From NCBI GenBank assembly GCA_963707635.1, contig OY970173.1:768001-832000 (forward strand): DNA of 64,000 nucleotides, in the 5' to 3' direction. The notes under the pieces are model-generated. The model did no database searches. It was not told where the DNA came from and worked only from the letters and a program-made list of their open reading frames with translations. Both the position numbers and the translations under genes were made by a program. The stretch comes from Candidatus Latescibacterota bacterium (GTDB lineage Bacteria; Krumholzibacteriota; Krumholzibacteriia; WVZY01; JAKEHA01). Positions 63,285 through 64,000 of the stretch are shown here, piece by piece; the first letter of the stretch is position 1, and every line of letters begins with the position of its first letter.

Positions 63285-64000
63285 CGACGCGCTAGCAGTG
63301 GCGGATCGCCGCGCCGCCTCGACCCCGGCATCGTCGGAAGGTCTCCGGCTGCTCGACCGACTGATGCGCGTTTTTGGCGCTCCCTCGACCTCTGTACCCG
63401 AACCCCGAACCGCGTCGCTGTTTCCGTGGGGGCCGCTCGACGTCAAGCGATCGCTGGGCGCGGGGTCGTTTGGCGAAGTGTACGCCGCCTGGGATCCAAC
63501 CCTGCACCGCGAGGTGGCACTCAAGCTGCGCAGTCCGGAAGTCGGCACGCTGCGATGGCTCGACGAAGCACGCAACCTGGCGCGCGTCCGGCACCCGCAC
63601 GTGCTCACGGTCTACGGAGCCGACGTCCTCGACGGGCGCGCGGGCATATGGACCGAGTTGATCAGCGGTCGCACGCTGGAACAGGAGCTCGAAAGCACCG
63701 GGCCGTTCTCCGAAGCCGAAACCGTGCGCATCGGTCGCGACATCGCATCCGCCCTGGTCGCGGTGCACGCGGCCGGCCTCGTGCACGGCGACATCAAGAC
63801 CGCCAACATCATGTTGGAAGATGGGGACACTCCGCGGCGAGCCGTGCTGGTGGATTTCGGGACCGCCGACAAGATGCTCGCCGACGACGAGATTCCGGCG
63901 TACCTCATGGGGACGCCGCTCACGATGGCGCCCGAAGTGCTCGACGGCCAGCCCGCGACGGGCGCGTCTGACGTGTACGGGCTGGGTGCGACGCTCTTCC
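63262..64000 (+). CDS. Ser/Thr protein kinase (3' truncated by window)
   Basis: Read manually: LGAGSFGEVY, VALK, VHGDIKTAN, DFG, MAPE; not in ORF track because it has no stop in the window. Confidence 0.88.
   Translation, partial: MPDDPVLDDALAVADRRAASTPASSEGLRLLDRLMRVFGAPSTSVPEPRTASLFPWGPLDVKRSLGAGSFGEVYAAWDPTLHREVALKLRSPEVGTLRWLDEARNLARVRHPHVLTVYGADVLDGRAGIWTELISGRTLEQELESTGPFSEAETVRIGRDIASALVAVHAAGLVHGDIKTANIMLEDGDTPRRAVLVDFGTADKMLADDEIPAYLMGTPLTMAPEVLDGQPATGASDVYGLGATLF

Overview
GC-rich bacterial window. Its secreted proteins end in FlgD-Ig-like (PNPFN...KxxLLK) or TWGxxKALY tails, which suggests, by inference only, a Krumholzibacteria/Eisenbacteria/Latescibacteria-like FCB-related organism. 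Bases 1-4.7 kb are housekeeping: arginine decarboxylase, agmatinase, an MFS transporter, a beta-propeller protein and a protamine-like protein. At 4777 a comM/YifB gene begins, and the rest of the window is accessory. Main finding: a tandem cassette array built at the AAMNPC codons of comM. Five more complete but diverged copies of the comM 3' third follow the native gene, plus four remnants. Each complete copy is preceded by the same bipartite non-comM arm (AAGnnATTG...AAG box, about 71-74 bp, then CCCTAAAGAAGCAGCAAAATGGCAAC-GAACCCCTG). The copies are separated by 0.6-5.4 kb cargo that is almost all secreted or envelope proteins. No intact recombinase is present. From about 30 kb on, a second system is interleaved: six copies of an integron-integrase 3' tail plus a downstream attI-like module ending in GTTRRRY-like cores, one canonical 60-bp attC, several truncated attC arms, a collapsed mrr cassette and a roughly 16-kb run of co-oriented cassette-type genes with no intact attC that I could see. 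Also present: an ECF sigma / double-ZAS anti-sigma / TPR-CHAT protease operon, Ser/Thr kinases, Acr3 and a 33-bp repeat array. Several genes carry single-base frameshifts, which may be real decay or read/assembly errors. All alignments were done by eye.
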